Shown here in pieces: positions 61,641-64,000 of a stretch of DNA of 64,000 nucleotides. The DNA lies in NCBI GenBank assembly GCA_051362555.1, contig CM120643.1, positions 5,580,001 through 5,644,000 of the forward strand, given 5' to 3'. The notes under the pieces are model-generated. The model had not been told where the DNA came from. It saw only the letters and a program-made list of their open reading frames with translations, and did not search any database. The first letter of the stretch is position 1; every line of letters starts with the position of its first letter. This DNA is from Lingula anatina. Taxonomy: Eukaryota; Animalia; Brachiopoda. The translations under genes and the position numbers were made by a program.

Positions 61641-64000
61641 CATCAAATGAAATCAGACCTCCCAAAGTTGGTTTTACCAGTGAACCCTGCCGTTCAAACG
61701 ACCCACCATCAAGGTGAAGCGTGAACAAAAGAAGAAATATTTAAAATGCCAATCACATTTACCATTCTGAAACAAAAATCATTGTGAATACAAACAAATC
61801 GGTTTGTTTGTATTCCCCTTTCCCTCACAAATTGAGAAACGGTTGACCCCCCCCTTCCCCCCAACACACACACACACATTTTTCCACATCGTCCTTCAGA
61901 TCCTTAGCAGGGTCGGAGACAAAGGGCCCTGTTGCCCTCTACCAGGGACAGATTGATTTTTCACAAGATATTCAAAGATATGCCTTTAGATAAATAGACA
62001 GGCATTTCATTCTCTGCCTGGCTCTTTCAAAATTTCCCTATAATATCGGCGCTCCACCCTGGTAGAGGGTAGGACCCTGTCCGCTACCTTTATAGATTAA
62101 TCATAGATATATTGTGTCATGGGCCTAGGCCCCAGTTAATATTTGTCCAACTCAAAACCCGCATATTGTTCGTTATTCTCACGGCTACTCTAATTTGAAA
62201 ATTTGTTCCCTTCGTTGCTGCATACACTGCACCGACTTCCCATGTTTTTTCTCTTCATTAAATTCGGTGGTTCAAATATTGCACTGATATTATAACTGCA
62301 GCTAAAATTGGCAGACGAGCCGTTTGCATCGTGTGGAACATCTGAATTATTCGCTGATAAAGGCGTGATATGTGGTGTATGTGGGAGTGGGAGAGGTTAA
62401 GGCCCCCTTGCAGGGATCGAGGCGTTTTTTCTGTGGGTTTTCATCCCTGGGTCTGATGCCATTTGTCTTCGAAATCAGTTTTTAATAACCCCCTATTATT
62501 AAACTAAATATTAATATATTATTACCAATAGTAAAAGAGGTTGTGTTTTATTATCATTATTATTATTATTTTTTTTTTTTTTTTTGGTTCCGTTTGCCTG
62601 TTTGTCCGTGTGCCTGTAAGCAACATTACGGAAATAGTTGGGGACGGATTTTTATTAACTTTTCAGATAATGACTAGAGTGGACCAAGTAAGACACGGTC
62701 AAATTCAGGTGGTGATCAATTGATCAATTGATTAGTAGATTAATAAAGACTGTTTGTATGTTTGCCACATTATGCAAAAAGATATATAGAGGGATCCTGA
62801 TGACAATTTCAGTAAAGGTCAGAAATGGACTAGATTTTCTCATTGAGACTAATCAATCAATAATGATAATAATATAATTAATCTATTTATTAGGTAATTA
62901 ATAGGCCTATAGTCTAAAACAATGAGAACTGATCTGCCTCGGCTGTCGTCTTCGCTCTCTAAGCGCTTTTCTAGTTCTTAATAAAATGACGTCTTTTCTC
63001 TTTGGTTTCTGTGTCTTAATCGACAAGTAGATGAATAATCTGTATCCCTGTGCGTCACTGCACCGTTACTCCCCCGCACCGATACTCCCGCGCAGTGACT
63101 TCCCTATATCGCAACTTTTGGCTTTGGTTAAAAATGTAACACCCAAAGCACAATTCTTGATTTATAAACTTTTCTGAAAAACAATTTTTTTTCAAAAGTA
63201 ACCCACCCTCTTGAGACCCAAAAGTGACACATTTTATTGTAAATATTTTGGAAAGAAAAATAAGGAAACAAATACTAAAATTGATCTGCTTTGATACTCA
63301 CAGCAGACTTTGTATGCAGCTCGGCTTTGTGATTTTTGAGATATGTCTGAGTACTTCACTTCGTTTTTCAACAGTGGTTACGGTATACAGATTACCCAAC
63401 CTTTTTATTTATTTATTTATTTATAATATCTCAAAGTTTGTTTAAACCAAAGATGAATAACGCACCATTAGATAGCCTAGAAATAAAAACGACAGGGAAT
63501 AGCCGTTCCATACCGTGGAGCCGTTACTACATGTACTCCTGGATGTCCAACATAATCGCCAAAATAAATCAGTATGTTCCATACTATACAAAGGAATTAC
63601 AAGTTTGTGTCAAGCGGCCGTTGAAATGAAAAACATTTAAATGCACTGGAAGTACATGGGTGGATTATTTGAAGGGGGGAATCTGCGGATGCAAAGCCGA
63701 CACTTCCCCAATATATATTTCTTATGTTGATTTTTGTTTTGTTTTATTTCTGCCTTTGATAGGTAATTTGTTTTTTCTTAATGATTTAAGTATTTTTTAC
63801 TTATGAGTGTTATAAACATTTTATCTGTGCCAAATTTACTATTACCTGCTACAACTGAACCGTTCAATCACCATACAATACATAATTCAATAGAAAGGGA
63901 TTTTTGTAGTAGGTAAAGTTAAATGATGTAATAATGTAAACATCTATAGGATCACATATTCTGGCGATTACTCTACTTTCCAAGAAAATTTTCTTATGCA

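Overview
AT-rich, intron-containing animal genomic DNA, probably an invertebrate; the repeat families look molluscan/lophotrochozoan (inference). The first ~21 kb has no intact host gene. It is a mosaic of DNA-transposon remnants: a spliced hAT-type transposase pseudogene with a 1 kb foldback element in its intron, several MITEs, an Academ-like end, tRNA-derived modules and hairpin repeats. Positions 24-60.6 kb hold three spliced genes that I rebuilt exon by exon with consistent splice phases. (1) A minus-strand LUBAC-subunit gene with a SHARPIN-type PH domain, LTM, UBL, NZF and a HOIL-1/RBCK1 RBR domain (15 coding exons, ~821 aa). It has a candidate alternative terminal exon that would give a SHARPIN-like isoform without the RBR. 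(2) A head-to-head plus-strand gene with a TINF2/TIN2 N-terminal domain (12 coding exons, ~686 aa). (3) Minus-strand MRPL38 (8 exons, ~418 aa). Two genes independently carry tandem amplifications of an exon 3' end and its 5' splice site (45 bp x ~11.5 in MRPL38; 55 bp x 3 in the RBCK1-like gene). The RBCK1-like introns are filled with co-oriented Helentron/HINE-like elements carrying internal satellite arrays. All family assignments come from recognising motifs by eye; no database search was run.
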